Below are positions 40,359 through 49,976 of a stretch of DNA of 64,000 nt, piece after piece. Every line of letters starts with the position of its first letter. Within the stretch, counting starts at the first letter, position 1. The position numbers and the translations under genes were made by a program. The notes under the pieces were generated by a model. The model was given only the letters and a program-made list of their open reading frames with translations, was not told the DNA's origin and did not search any database. This DNA is from an uncultured Candidatus Saccharibacteria bacterium (lineage in GTDB: Bacteria; Patescibacteriota; Minisyncoccia; Phycocordibacterales; UBA9973), in contig CAYVZI010000004.1 of the NCBI GenBank assembly GCA_964456475.1, positions 7,604-71,603 of the forward strand, in the 5' to 3' direction.

Positions 40359-41357
40359 TTAGACATTGGATTCAGGCATGTCGAATCCCAAATGCTCATA
40401 GGCTTTCTTTGTTACCGTTCGTCCGCGTGGTGTCCGTTCGAGCAAGCCGCGCTGAATGAGGTAGGGCTCAGTCACTTCTTCGATTGTAGCTTCTTCTTCG
40501 CTCGTTGCCGCTGCGATGGTGCCGAGGCCGACTGGCCCACCACCGAATTTTTCGATGATTACTTGCAACACTTGTCTGTCGGATTCCGAAAGACCGAGTT
40601 CGTCGATTCCGAGGAGGGAAAGCGCCAGAAAGACTGTTTTCTTATCCAAATCCTTTTTGTGGACTTGTGCGTAGTCGCGACAACGTTTGAGAAAATAGTT
40701 GGCAGTACGAGGTGTGAAGCGCGAACGCTTTGAAATTTCGGTAATTGCTTCGTCGTCAATAGTTACGCCGAGTACTTTTGCTGAGCGGCGAATAATCTTC
40801 GCGATTTCTTCTTCGGTATAAAACTCAAGACGATATGTTCCACCAGAAAAACGTGATCGAAGCGGGGAAGAGAGAAGGGCGATGCGAGTGGTCGCAGCGA
40901 TCAGGGTGAATGCTGGAAGGTCGAGCTGGATTGTGCGAGCTGATGGTCCTTTGCCGATGATTATATCGAGCACACCGGACTCCATTGCGGGATATAGCAC
41001 TTCTTCGATTGTTTTGTTGAGACGATGAATTTCGTCGACAAAAAGAATATCGCCAGGTTGAAGATTGGTAAGTATTGATGCAAGGTCGCCGACTTTTTCG
41101 ATTGCAGGACCTGATGTTGCTTTGAGTGAGCGACCGGTTTCTTTCGCAATCAAATGAGCGAGCGTGGTCTTCCCAAGCCCTGGTGGTCCATAAAAAAGAA
41201 TATGTTCGGCAGGATGATTGCGCTCACTCGCTGCTTGGAGGAGAATTTTGAGATTTTGTTTGATAGATTCTTGTCCGATGTAGTCGTCAAAAGTGCTTGG
41301 ACGGAGTGTGTGGTCCAAATACGCATCGAATTCTTTTTTATTTTCTGCTGGTTCCAT
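40359..41357 (-). CDS. ruvB: Holliday junction branch migration helicase
   Basis: LRPSTFDDYIGQ, GPPGLGKTT, FVDEIHRL, EPYLIQ, RTPRGR. Confidence 0.97.
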   Translation of the reverse strand: MEPAENKKEFDAYLDHTLRPSTFDDYIGQESIKQNLKILLQAASERNHPAEHILFYGPPGLGKTTLAHLIAKETGRSLKATSGPAIEKVGDLASILTNLQPGDILFVDEIHRLNKTIEEVLYPAMESGVLDIIIGKGPSARTIQLDLPAFTLIAATTRIALLSSPLRSRFSGGTYRLEFYTEEEIAKIIRRSAKVLGVTIDDEAITEISKRSRFTPRTANYFLKRCRDYAQVHKKDLDKKTVFLALSLLGIDELGLSESDRQVLQVIIEKFGGGPVGLGTIAAATSEEEATIEEVTEPYLIQRGLLERTPRGRTVTKKAYEHLGFDMPESNV

Positions 41358-41370
41358 AATTATTATGTTT

Positions 41371-41464
41371 CAATATCTAAGTTCTAATGTCTTTTTTTTA
41401 AAAAATACTATTTTTTTGTTTTTTGTGCCCGTATCTCGTTAGACATTAGAAATTAGGTCTTAGG
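41371..41464. repeat. Gene-free inverted pair of the same heptamer arrays that flank 39965-40345
   Basis: caatatctaagttctaatgtc ... ttagacattagaaattaggtcttagg. Confidence 0.7.
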
Positions 41465-41633
41465 ATTTGGGTCAAAAATGCGCTTGACATTTTTGACTGG
41501 ACATGCTAGACTAGTTGTAATTCAGTTAATACCCACTTTATGCACAGGGTATACACACAGTATACCACTTTCACGAGATGTGCATTTTTTTATTGGTTGT
41601 ACTATATAACTGAAGCTAATTGTGCGAATTAAT

Positions 41634-41797
41634 AAAGGCATAAATCTCTAAGTGATCAGGTTCTCGGACCGTATAGGATCTCGTAAAGGGCGTTTTGGCC
41701 CCCAGGCTCGTTTCTGGGACCGCTGCAGCCACCCTCCGCGGCCTCCTTACTTTTGACACCCAGTTGTTGAAAGGATTGTTTAGAGATTTATGCTTTT
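41634..41797. ncRNA. Candidate structured ncRNA, about 165 nt (6S-like shape; identity unknown)
   Basis: aaaggcataaatctctaa pairs with ttagagatttatgctttt around a GC-rich core in an AT-rich intergenic region. Confidence 0.5.
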
Positions 41798-41952
41798 TTT
41801 TGTTGGCTGTTTAGGTATATACTTTATTTGAACTGTTCTTTTTCCTACGCATTTGAATAGTTTGACTTTTCTGGCGCTCGACTTCTGTCGGGCGTTTTTT
41901 TGTTTGACACGATTGTGAAGTATTGTTAATCTTCGAACAAAACAACACTCTT

Positions 41953-42420
41953 ATGGCAACAAATCACAGAGATTCGGGAACTGATGTGCCATGCTGGCAT
42001 ATCCCTAAAGACAATACGTTTGTAGTAAATATTTCAAAAAGCGATACACGCATATTCAATAATACATCTGTATGGATTGTTATTACTTCAATAAAAAATC
42101 AAAAGTTTCGGCTGGGTTGGAAAAAAACAACACCACACGGAACTCTTGAAGGGAATATTCTTCTCTCCGAAGATCAATTGAAAGCCGCATTCGGGGTTTG
42201 TAACCAGGAAGAAATGGGACAAATGAAGAATTTGGACAGGTGCACAACAATGATGAGTGAGTATGCTGCGGATATTTGCTGCACTGGCCGTTTTTTGAGA
42301 TATACAAACTTTCTCAACATTCCAGCTCCTTCAACAAGATTTGCAAACGATCCAAATATTTCCATTTTGATTACTGACGAAATAAAGGAAGCAATACGGA
42401 GTTTGGTTGAAAGAAAATAA
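41953..42420 (+). CDS. Hypothetical protein
   Basis: ORF with an upstream TTGACA and a downstream terminator. Confidence 0.6.
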   Translation: MATNHRDSGTDVPCWHIPKDNTFVVNISKSDTRIFNNTSVWIVITSIKNQKFRLGWKKTTPHGTLEGNILLSEDQLKAAFGVCNQEEMGQMKNLDRCTTMMSEYAADICCTGRFLRYTNFLNIPAPSTRFANDPNISILITDEIKEAIRSLVERK

Positions 42421-42522
42421 ACGTTGTATTTGAATATTAAAAAACGGCTTGCCTATGCAAACCGTTTTTTTTGTTTACTTTGTATTTCCTGACACCAAAA
42501 ACCAAATAGCAGAAACAAATTC

Positions 42523-44217
42523 TTATTCTTCGTTAAGGTCTACCACGCTCTGCACTTCTTCAATACTCGTAATCCCTGAAAGGATCTTCACAACGCCGTC
42601 TTCCTGCATGTTGAATATTCCTTGCTTGTTGGCGACGCGTTTGATTTCGCGTTCGGACGGGTTTGTTGGAATGATCTTTTCAATTTCTTCATCAGTCTTG
42701 ATTGCTTCAAATATTCCCATGCGTCCTTTGAATCCGGTTTTGTTGCACTTGTCGCAACCTGGTGCAGTGTAAAGTTTGATTGGCATGTCGACAGTGAGAT
42801 TGTACCCGGCAATATTTTTGCCCGCATCTCCTGCGCCTTTCAATATTTTTCGAAGCAACGCTTCTTCCTCAGGTGTGACTGGTCGTTCAACTTTACATAC
42901 GGTGCAGAGTTTTCGCACAAGACGTTGCGCGATTGAGAGTGTGAGTGCAGACACCATAATCTTTGGATTTACATCGAGGTCGATGAGGCGGGGAATCACG
43001 CCGGCAGCATTGTTGGTGTGAAGTGTGGAGAACACGATGTGTCCAGTGAGTGCAGACTCAACTGCAATCTTGGCTGTCTCGCTATCGCGAATTTCTCCCA
43101 CCATGATTACATCTGGGTCTTGGCGCAGAGCGGCACGAAGTCCATCGAGGAACGTATAACCCGGTTCAACCTGTGTCTGTGTGATTCCTTGTAAATGGTA
43201 TTCCACTGGATCTTCAATAGTAATCATCTTAATCTCCGGAGAGTAGATTTTGCGCAAGAATGCGTACAAGGTAGTGGTCTTACCGGATCCAGTCGGACCA
43301 GTAATGAGAATAAGACCATTCGGTTTTTTGATTTCGGCGTCAATAATAGAGAAGAGGCGAGGTTCGATACCCATGTTGGCCAAATCGACCTGAATCGACT
43401 TTGGATCAAGAATACGCATGACGATGCTTTCGCCGTATTCGCCGGGTACTGTAGATGTACGCATAGAGATTTCAGTATCTTCGAGAAAAATACTGAAGCG
43501 CCCGTCTTGAGCCTTGGTTATAATCGTGAGCTTGAGTCCGGCGATGAGCTTGATACGTGATGAGAGTGTATGAAAAAATTTTGGATCAAGGAAAAGAATA
43601 TCTTGAAGTACTCCGTCGAGACGAAAACGCACGCGCATACGTTTTTCTTCTGGTTCTATGTGAACATCGGAACATTGGAGTGAGATTGCGCCAGCAAGAA
43701 TGACTTCGAGTAGACGAGAGGTGGTGTGTGTGTCGTGACTGCTGATGATTTCATCAACAATACTTTTCACGTCATCCATTGTGTTGATTTTACTCTTCAG
43801 TTCGAGCAGTGTTTCTGATGATACATCGAGACCGCCACGACGAGACTCTTCGGCAAAAGAAATTTCTTTATAGCGTGCCCAGGCATGTTCAAGTGAGGCA
43901 TGAGAAGCCATGTGAGGAATAGCTTTGTATCCTTTACGCTCAAGGTCTTCCAAAAAAATGCGAGTTTCATCAGATTCTGGATTGAGTACAGCAATATGTG
44001 CTTCTTTTCCAAAAATTTTGAATGGCGCGACGCTGATTCGACGTGCTTCTTCTTCGTCAATCAATCTGAGGGCTTGATTTTCGACTGCCGTAGCCGAAAG
44101 ATCGACATAGGGGATGTTGTAGCGAGCGCTGGCAAGCACGGAAGCGAGGGCTTCCTCCTCTTGAGCTCGATATTCTTCTACTTTTTTACCAATTTTGTCG
44201 TCGTAATCTTGTGGCAT
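42523..44217 (-). CDS. GspE/PilB family type IV pilus assembly ATPase
   Basis: SDVHIEP, GPTGSGKTTTLY, TIEDPVEY, LRQDPDVIMVGEIRD, STLHTN, CxxC..CxxC. Confidence 0.93.
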   Translation of the reverse strand: MPQDYDDKIGKKVEEYRAQEEEALASVLASARYNIPYVDLSATAVENQALRLIDEEEARRISVAPFKIFGKEAHIAVLNPESDETRIFLEDLERKGYKAIPHMASHASLEHAWARYKEISFAEESRRGGLDVSSETLLELKSKINTMDDVKSIVDEIISSHDTHTTSRLLEVILAGAISLQCSDVHIEPEEKRMRVRFRLDGVLQDILFLDPKFFHTLSSRIKLIAGLKLTIITKAQDGRFSIFLEDTEISMRTSTVPGEYGESIVMRILDPKSIQVDLANMGIEPRLFSIIDAEIKKPNGLILITGPTGSGKTTTLYAFLRKIYSPEIKMITIEDPVEYHLQGITQTQVEPGYTFLDGLRAALRQDPDVIMVGEIRDSETAKIAVESALTGHIVFSTLHTNNAAGVIPRLIDLDVNPKIMVSALTLSIAQRLVRKLCTVCKVERPVTPEEEALLRKILKGAGDAGKNIAGYNLTVDMPIKLYTAPGCDKCNKTGFKGRMGIFEAIKTDEEIEKIIPTNPSEREIKRVANKQGIFNMQEDGVVKILSGITSIEEVQSVVDLNEE

Positions 44218-44385
44218 AGGATTGTGTGATTTTAGGCCTAAAAATAAGGGTGAAAACGTGTGTCTCTAGTATACCGCACAAAAGGAAAGTAGGCGATAGG
44301 GGGCTATTGACTTTTGGTATGAAATGATATATAATATATACAAATTTCAAAAACTTTTCATTTCATTTATAAAAAAACAAAAACT

Positions 44386-45513
44386 ATGAAAATTGTGTTT
44401 ATTGCCATCGTGATGATGGTTTCGTTGAATTCTTTTGCCCCAACAGCGGGTTATAACCCTTACTTCGGACACGAATACCACCACAAGATTGGTGATGTTT
44501 GGACAGATCTTGATACCGGCTGTTCCAAGGAGTTATTTAAGGACCACCATGCAAATGGCTGGAACTTTACACTCATCAAGGTGGCAAAACACTTTGGTGG
44601 CGGTCCGACATCAGATGGTGAAGGGGTTCAGTTCGTTTCAGGCGGAAAGTCTAAATACTTTAATTATATTAATGGAGATGATTACGAGAACATTATAAAT
44701 TCTTCAGTAATAATCCCTGTCAATTTAAAAAGTATAAGAACTTCAGCTAGGGTAAGCTGGGATCCAGGTTACGTATATTACAATCGGCCGCTACGTTCAG
44801 CAGAAGGGATACAAGAAATGTTTTTTGCGAAAAGCATGGGGGATTATTATAACGACCCAGAATTTGCAAATATTATTTTCTTGCATTGCGGAGATATTTG
44901 CGGAAATCCTAACAACGAGTTCATTTTTAAGGAACAGGTGTCTGCTCAAATTCAAGAAGAAGGCAGGCCAAAAAAAGAACTTGTAAAAACGATTACTACT
45001 GCCGATGGGACTACTATTAACGTCTATGTTGATAATAGTAATAACGGTGGAAATGTTAGTAATTCTGGCAATTCTAGCCAAAACCAGAACCAAAAACAGG
45101 CTTCGAGTGGTGGCGGAGGAGGTGTTATGCCTCCATTAGGTGGCGGTGGTTGTGGTGGTACTGTCGGAACGTACGGTTACGGAGCCCCATGGCTCAGCGC
45201 TGGAATTAGTGCTAGTTATTATGACAATGGTTGTTACAACACACCTATTCCGCAAAGAGGAGGTGGGTGCAACAATGATTGGCAAGTCGGACGTCGCGGT
45301 TATAGTAGCGGTTGGGGAAGTAGTCCTAGACCACGTAGTGATCGTGGATCTGTAAATCCAGGTATAAGTCGTCGGCCGATTATTAATGGCGGAGGATTGA
45401 CTCCTAGAGGTCACAACAACGGTCAAGGTGGTCAACTCGCTCCTCGTAATTTTAATCCTGGAAATCAGGGTGGAGGAATGAACGGTCGCGGTTTCAATCG
45501 CGGCGGTCAATAA
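44386..45513 (+). CDS. Secreted hypothetical protein with Gly/Asn/Arg-rich low-complexity tail
   Basis: Signal peptide; GGGGG and RGG-rich C-terminus. Confidence 0.7.
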   Translation: MKIVFIAIVMMVSLNSFAPTAGYNPYFGHEYHHKIGDVWTDLDTGCSKELFKDHHANGWNFTLIKVAKHFGGGPTSDGEGVQFVSGGKSKYFNYINGDDYENIINSSVIIPVNLKSIRTSARVSWDPGYVYYNRPLRSAEGIQEMFFAKSMGDYYNDPEFANIIFLHCGDICGNPNNEFIFKEQVSAQIQEEGRPKKELVKTITTADGTTINVYVDNSNNGGNVSNSGNSSQNQNQKQASSGGGGGVMPPLGGGGCGGTVGTYGYGAPWLSAGISASYYDNGCYNTPIPQRGGGCNNDWQVGRRGYSSGWGSSPRPRSDRGSVNPGISRRPIINGGGLTPRGHNNGQGGQLAPRNFNPGNQGGGMNGRGFNRGGQ

Positions 45514-45622
45514 TTTTCATCATTTTGTTTTTAAGTATCAAACCTAGAAGATTTTTGTAAACAAAAATCTTCTAGGCATTATTTAAGTCTTGAATATACA
45601 GAGAATATTAAAGATTTAATCG

Positions 45623-48316
45623 ATGTCGTTTATTAGTATGAAAAATAATTATATGAAAAATATATATACATATCTCGCAGGTATCCTTATGGTTGCCGGC
45701 TTCGTTGCGTTTGCACCGAGTGCACACGCAGCATTCAATGACGGTTCTCTTGGGTACGATTGTCAGACAATTGGTGTTTCAGTCGAATCAACTTCGACTT
45801 CTGATGGCTGTGACCCAACGTACGTAAGTACAACACCAGGGTCAGTTATCAACGTGTCGTTTTATATTCACAATACAAATGTGAATGCAGCCAACAATGT
45901 TGTCTTGCGCTTGTCGCCTCAGACAACAGGAACTGTGTCTTCACAGACATATTCTGGAAGTATCACATCAAGTAATGCAGGAAGCGTCTCAGGGTCTGGA
46001 GCTATTTCTATCAGCTCTCCTGCGTCACTCACATTTTTGACTCTTGAGAAGACAGATCATAATGGAGTAGTGACACAGATTCCAAACGCGTCAGCGCTCT
46101 TTAGTGGTGGACTCAATATTGGAACTGTCGAAGGATATGGAACATGTGGAGTTTCTGGTGGGGTGCGCGATGCATTCTGTCATCAGCAATGGTATGTCGC
46201 TGCTTTCAAGGTTTCAAACCCTGTAGTAGTAACTCCTAATCCATGTGTCATTTCTGGTCTTACGACATCTACTCCGACCGTAGCGTCTGGATCATATGGA
46301 ACACTTAATTGGTCAAGCTCAAACTGTTCTTCAGTTTCTGTAACTGGACCAAACGGAGTTGTGAGTTCTGCCCTAAACGGTCCTGTGACTGTCGGTCCAC
46401 TTACATACTCGATCAACAACTACAACATCATCGGTTATAACTCTGCAGGTACTGCTACAACAGGAAATCCTGTATCAATCTCTGTAAATTCAGTTACTCC
46501 TAGCCTTTGTACAATCAGTAATTTTTCTCCATCACAATATCAAGTGCAGTCTGGTGGAACAGTTTCACTTTCTTGGACAACAAATAATTGTACAAGCGTA
46601 ACTGTGTCAGGATCAAATGTGTCATACACAACTTCAAATCTAAGCACCGTACAATCTGGCACGACTTATACAGGTGCTATCTATGGCCCAACAACATATA
46701 CAATTTCAGCAACGAATGGTACAAGTACTGATACTCGAACAACGAGTGTAACAGCTACAGCCACTCAAAATTATTGTACTGCAAGCATTAGTGCGTATCA
46801 GACATCTGTTCCAGTTGGGTCAACAACTACGCTTTCTTGGACAAGTTCAAACTGTAATTACATTACAATTTCAGGACCAAACGGAAATCTTTTTTCAGGA
46901 GCGCAGTCTTCAGGAACAGTTCAGTCTTCAGCTATCAACAGTAATCCAACAATCTTCAACCTTGTTGCAACAGGAACAAACACAGTAAATCAATCTATCT
47001 CAATCTATACGACAGGGGGAAGTACTGGAACTGTACCAAACGTTACAACTCAGGCTGCGACAGGAGTTGCAGGTTCTACTGCAACGCTCAATGGATACAT
47101 GAACGCAAATACTGGATGTTCATATCCGTACTACAACTGTAATAATTCATATACAAATTATTACTTCCAATACGGTACAAGTCAGTACGCCATGAATCAG
47201 CAGACTCCAACTCAGTCATTTGGACAAACTTCAGGTGCCGTATCTGCATACGTGGCAAACCTTTTGCCAAACACAACATATTATTTTCAGCTTATTGGAA
47301 GTAACAGTTATGGACTTGGATACGGAGGTGTTCAGTCATTCTACAGTACAGGCACAACTACTACTGCGATCAGCGCAATCACTTCGGTTGCAACAAACGT
47401 GAACGCAAACTCAGCACGTCTCAATGGTGTGGTCACTGCCAATGGTTCTGTAAATCCGGTAACTGCTCATTTTGAGTATGGAACATCAACCAATCTTGGA
47501 TTCCGTACTTCAACCCAAACCGTATCTACAAATGTGATAACAAACTACTTTGACACAATCACAACGTCTCCAAACACTACGTACTATTATCGTATCGTTG
47601 GTACATCAAACGGACAGGTATACAACGGATCTATCGTTTCGTTTACGACTCCTGCGGCAAACAATGGAGGACCAGTTGTAATTACCCGTGTGACAGGTAC
47701 TGGAGGTGGTTCGACATACGTATCACTCTCTATTGATGACTCGGTTCAGACTGTAGCGCCAGGCGATTTGCTTATTTACACAATCAAATACCAAAATATT
47801 TCGACTGTAAATTTGAGTAATGCGATTTTGAACGTAATCCTTCCTGAGGGCGTAACATTCCGACAGGCATCACAAGGTGTGCTTACAACAAGCAACACAG
47901 TAACTGCAACACTCGGAACACTTACTCCATCACAAGAAGGTGTAATTACTATCCAAGCGATCGCAGATACACGAATCATTGCCGGCAACAATCTTGTAGC
48001 GACAGCGACACTTGCATTTACTATTCCAAATAAGGCACAAGATACAGCAATTGCATACGATCTTGATAGTATTATGAATCGTAACAACCTTGCAGGTCTC
48101 GCGCTCTTCGGAGATGGATTCTGGCCAAACTCACTTCTTGGATGGATCATTTTGCTCCTCCTTATCCTTATCCTTGTTCTTATCGCACGATATTTCTACC
48201 ACCGTGGAAATGCACAGCGAGGAAATGGTACATCAGCGACTCATGTTCACTACGGTGCTGAAACAAACAATCAGCACGGACATGGTGGTTACCCAGGTAA
48301 CAACTTGCCTCACTAA
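45623..48316 (+). CDS. Large Thr/Ser-rich surface protein (Ig/FN3-like repeats, DUF11-like domain, C-terminal TM anchor)
   Basis: Signal peptide; repeated LSWTS..C; LLPNTTYYFQ and SPNTTYYYR; APGDLLIYTIKYQN; start may be 45638 or 45653. Confidence 0.8.
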   Translation: MSFISMKNNYMKNIYTYLAGILMVAGFVAFAPSAHAAFNDGSLGYDCQTIGVSVESTSTSDGCDPTYVSTTPGSVINVSFYIHNTNVNAANNVVLRLSPQTTGTVSSQTYSGSITSSNAGSVSGSGAISISSPASLTFLTLEKTDHNGVVTQIPNASALFSGGLNIGTVEGYGTCGVSGGVRDAFCHQQWYVAAFKVSNPVVVTPNPCVISGLTTSTPTVASGSYGTLNWSSSNCSSVSVTGPNGVVSSALNGPVTVGPLTYSINNYNIIGYNSAGTATTGNPVSISVNSVTPSLCTISNFSPSQYQVQSGGTVSLSWTTNNCTSVTVSGSNVSYTTSNLSTVQSGTTYTGAIYGPTTYTISATNGTSTDTRTTSVTATATQNYCTASISAYQTSVPVGSTTTLSWTSSNCNYITISGPNGNLFSGAQSSGTVQSSAINSNPTIFNLVATGTNTVNQSISIYTTGGSTGTVPNVTTQAATGVAGSTATLNGYMNANTGCSYPYYNCNNSYTNYYFQYGTSQYAMNQQTPTQSFGQTSGAVSAYVANLLPNTTYYFQLIGSNSYGLGYGGVQSFYSTGTTTTAISAITSVATNVNANSARLNGVVTANGSVNPVTAHFEYGTSTNLGFRTSTQTVSTNVITNYFDTITTSPNTTYYYRIVGTSNGQVYNGSIVSFTTPAANNGGPVVITRVTGTGGGSTYVSLSIDDSVQTVAPGDLLIYTIKYQNISTVNLSNAILNVILPEGVTFRQASQGVLTTSNTVTATLGTLTPSQEGVITIQAIADTRIIAGNNLVATATLAFTIPNKAQDTAIAYDLDSIMNRNNLAGLALFGDGFWPNSLLGWIILLLLILILVLIARYFYHRGNAQRGNGTSATHVHYGAETNNQHGHGGYPGNNLPH

Positions 48317-48403
48317 CTAGAAAGTAGAAAATAGTTAGTAGAAAGTAGAACACACGCCCCGCTTTCCTTCGGAAAGCGGGGCGTGTTAGTATCTAAAAAC
48401 AGT

Positions 48404-48841
48404 ATGAAAAAATATTTTACCCAAAATGAAATACCGGAAATCGCAAAAGAAATTCTCTCTTCGTTAAAGAGTGAGGAGAAGGCAACTGTTCTTGCGCTCT
48501 CTGGCGATCTTGGAGCAGGGAAGACCACACTTACACAAGCGATTGCTCGTGAAGTTGGCGTGGAAGAAAATGTCATCTCTCCCACATTTGTCATTATGAA
48601 AAGCTATAATCTGCCTAATAAGCTTGAAGGTTTGAAAGCTAAAAAGCTTATACACATCGATGCTTATCGCCTCAATTCGAGTGCTGAACTCGAACGACTT
48701 GGCTGGGCAGAGCTTGTTGTGAACCCAGAAAATTTTATTCTCATCGAATGGCCAGAACGAGTACCAGAAAGTATTCCATCCCACGCGAAGCGCATTACTC
48801 TTTCTCACAAAGACGACGAAACCCGAGAGATTGAATTTTGA
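48404..48841 (+). CDS. tsaE: t6A biosynthesis ATPase
   Basis: LSGDLGAGKTT, SPTFVI, HIDAYRL, IEWPE. Confidence 0.95.
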   Translation: MKKYFTQNEIPEIAKEILSSLKSEEKATVLALSGDLGAGKTTLTQAIAREVGVEENVISPTFVIMKSYNLPNKLEGLKAKKLIHIDAYRLNSSAELERLGWAELVVNPENFILIEWPERVPESIPSHAKRITLSHKDDETREIEF

Positions 48842-48889
48842 CATTAGGTATCAAATGTTGTAATTTAATTACAATTAAAACTTTAACAG

Positions 48890-49918
48890 ATGAATATGAG
48901 ACCTCACAAAAGGACGCTCTCAACGGTTGTGACCGGTATGGCGTTTTTGGGAGCTCTCGTGATGGGGGTTCCTTGGATTATTGCGAGTTGCATTTACAGG
49001 CACGAAAATACTACCGAAACTACTAAATGGGTCTTGTTGGGTTACGGGGCATTTTTTCTGCTATTTGTAGGAATAATTACACCTTTTGTAAGAATGGTGT
49101 GGAAATTTTTGCGTATCTCGAACACTAGCCCGCTCGATGCTGTAGTAACAGTATTAATTTGTATTGTTTCCGCAGTGCCACTCGCTATTGTTTGGGGTGT
49201 GGCACTACCTACAATGCGATTCAATTTTTTTGGATGGAAGTATGCTGTTTATAATCATACAATTTCCATAACCTTGTTTTTGGTGGGAGCACTTGTTCGT
49301 CATATTGGCGAACTTCCACCAGAGGATGAACAATATATTATGGTTGCAAATCATGTGAGCCCACTCGATTACGAGCTTGCGTCGCAAGCCGCTGGAAGAA
49401 AACCATGGAATATTGTTGCAGGGATTAATCTCCGTAAATCAAATAAAACAATTGGTGATAAGGCCATTGCTGCAACAATTGGAAGAGTGGTTGAAGAACA
49501 TTCGATTTTTGTTGATCGTTCTGATGAACAATCGAAAGTACTTTGCTTAAGGCGTATAATTAAAGAAATTGATGAAGGAAAAAATATTGTAATTTTTCCT
49601 GAAGGGACTCGAACGATATATAAAAATATCGTTGATAACAAAATTTTGTTACAAGAGTTTTGGGATTCAATTTTTAAGATTGCGTATGAGAAAAGTATTC
49701 CAATTAAACCAGTCGTTTTTGATTGGCCCGTAATTTGGAGAGGAAAAGCCGATCCTCGTTTTGGACTCCGGCCTTGTGTAATTAATACGCACTATCTTCC
49801 AATGATTTATCCAAAAGATTTTTCTTCGTTTGAAGAAATGAAAAAATACTGTTGGAATCTTATGTATTCGAAACTTGCAGCTTCAAAAAAAGTGAAACGG
49901 TTTTTAAATTTAAATTAG
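48890..49918 (+). CDS. Lysophospholipid acyltransferase (PlsC-like) with N-terminal TM helices
   Basis: ANHVSPLD (HX4D), FVDRS, FPEGTR. Confidence 0.85.
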   Translation: MNMRPHKRTLSTVVTGMAFLGALVMGVPWIIASCIYRHENTTETTKWVLLGYGAFFLLFVGIITPFVRMVWKFLRISNTSPLDAVVTVLICIVSAVPLAIVWGVALPTMRFNFFGWKYAVYNHTISITLFLVGALVRHIGELPPEDEQYIMVANHVSPLDYELASQAAGRKPWNIVAGINLRKSNKTIGDKAIAATIGRVVEEHSIFVDRSDEQSKVLCLRRIIKEIDEGKNIVIFPEGTRTIYKNIVDNKILLQEFWDSIFKIAYEKSIPIKPVVFDWPVIWRGKADPRFGLRPCVINTHYLPMIYPKDFSSFEEMKKYCWNLMYSKLAASKKVKRFLNLN

Positions 49919-49976
49919 TAAAGTCCCGGTATATACCGGGCTTTTTTTATTGTCTCTCACCGCGTATACTTTGCGT

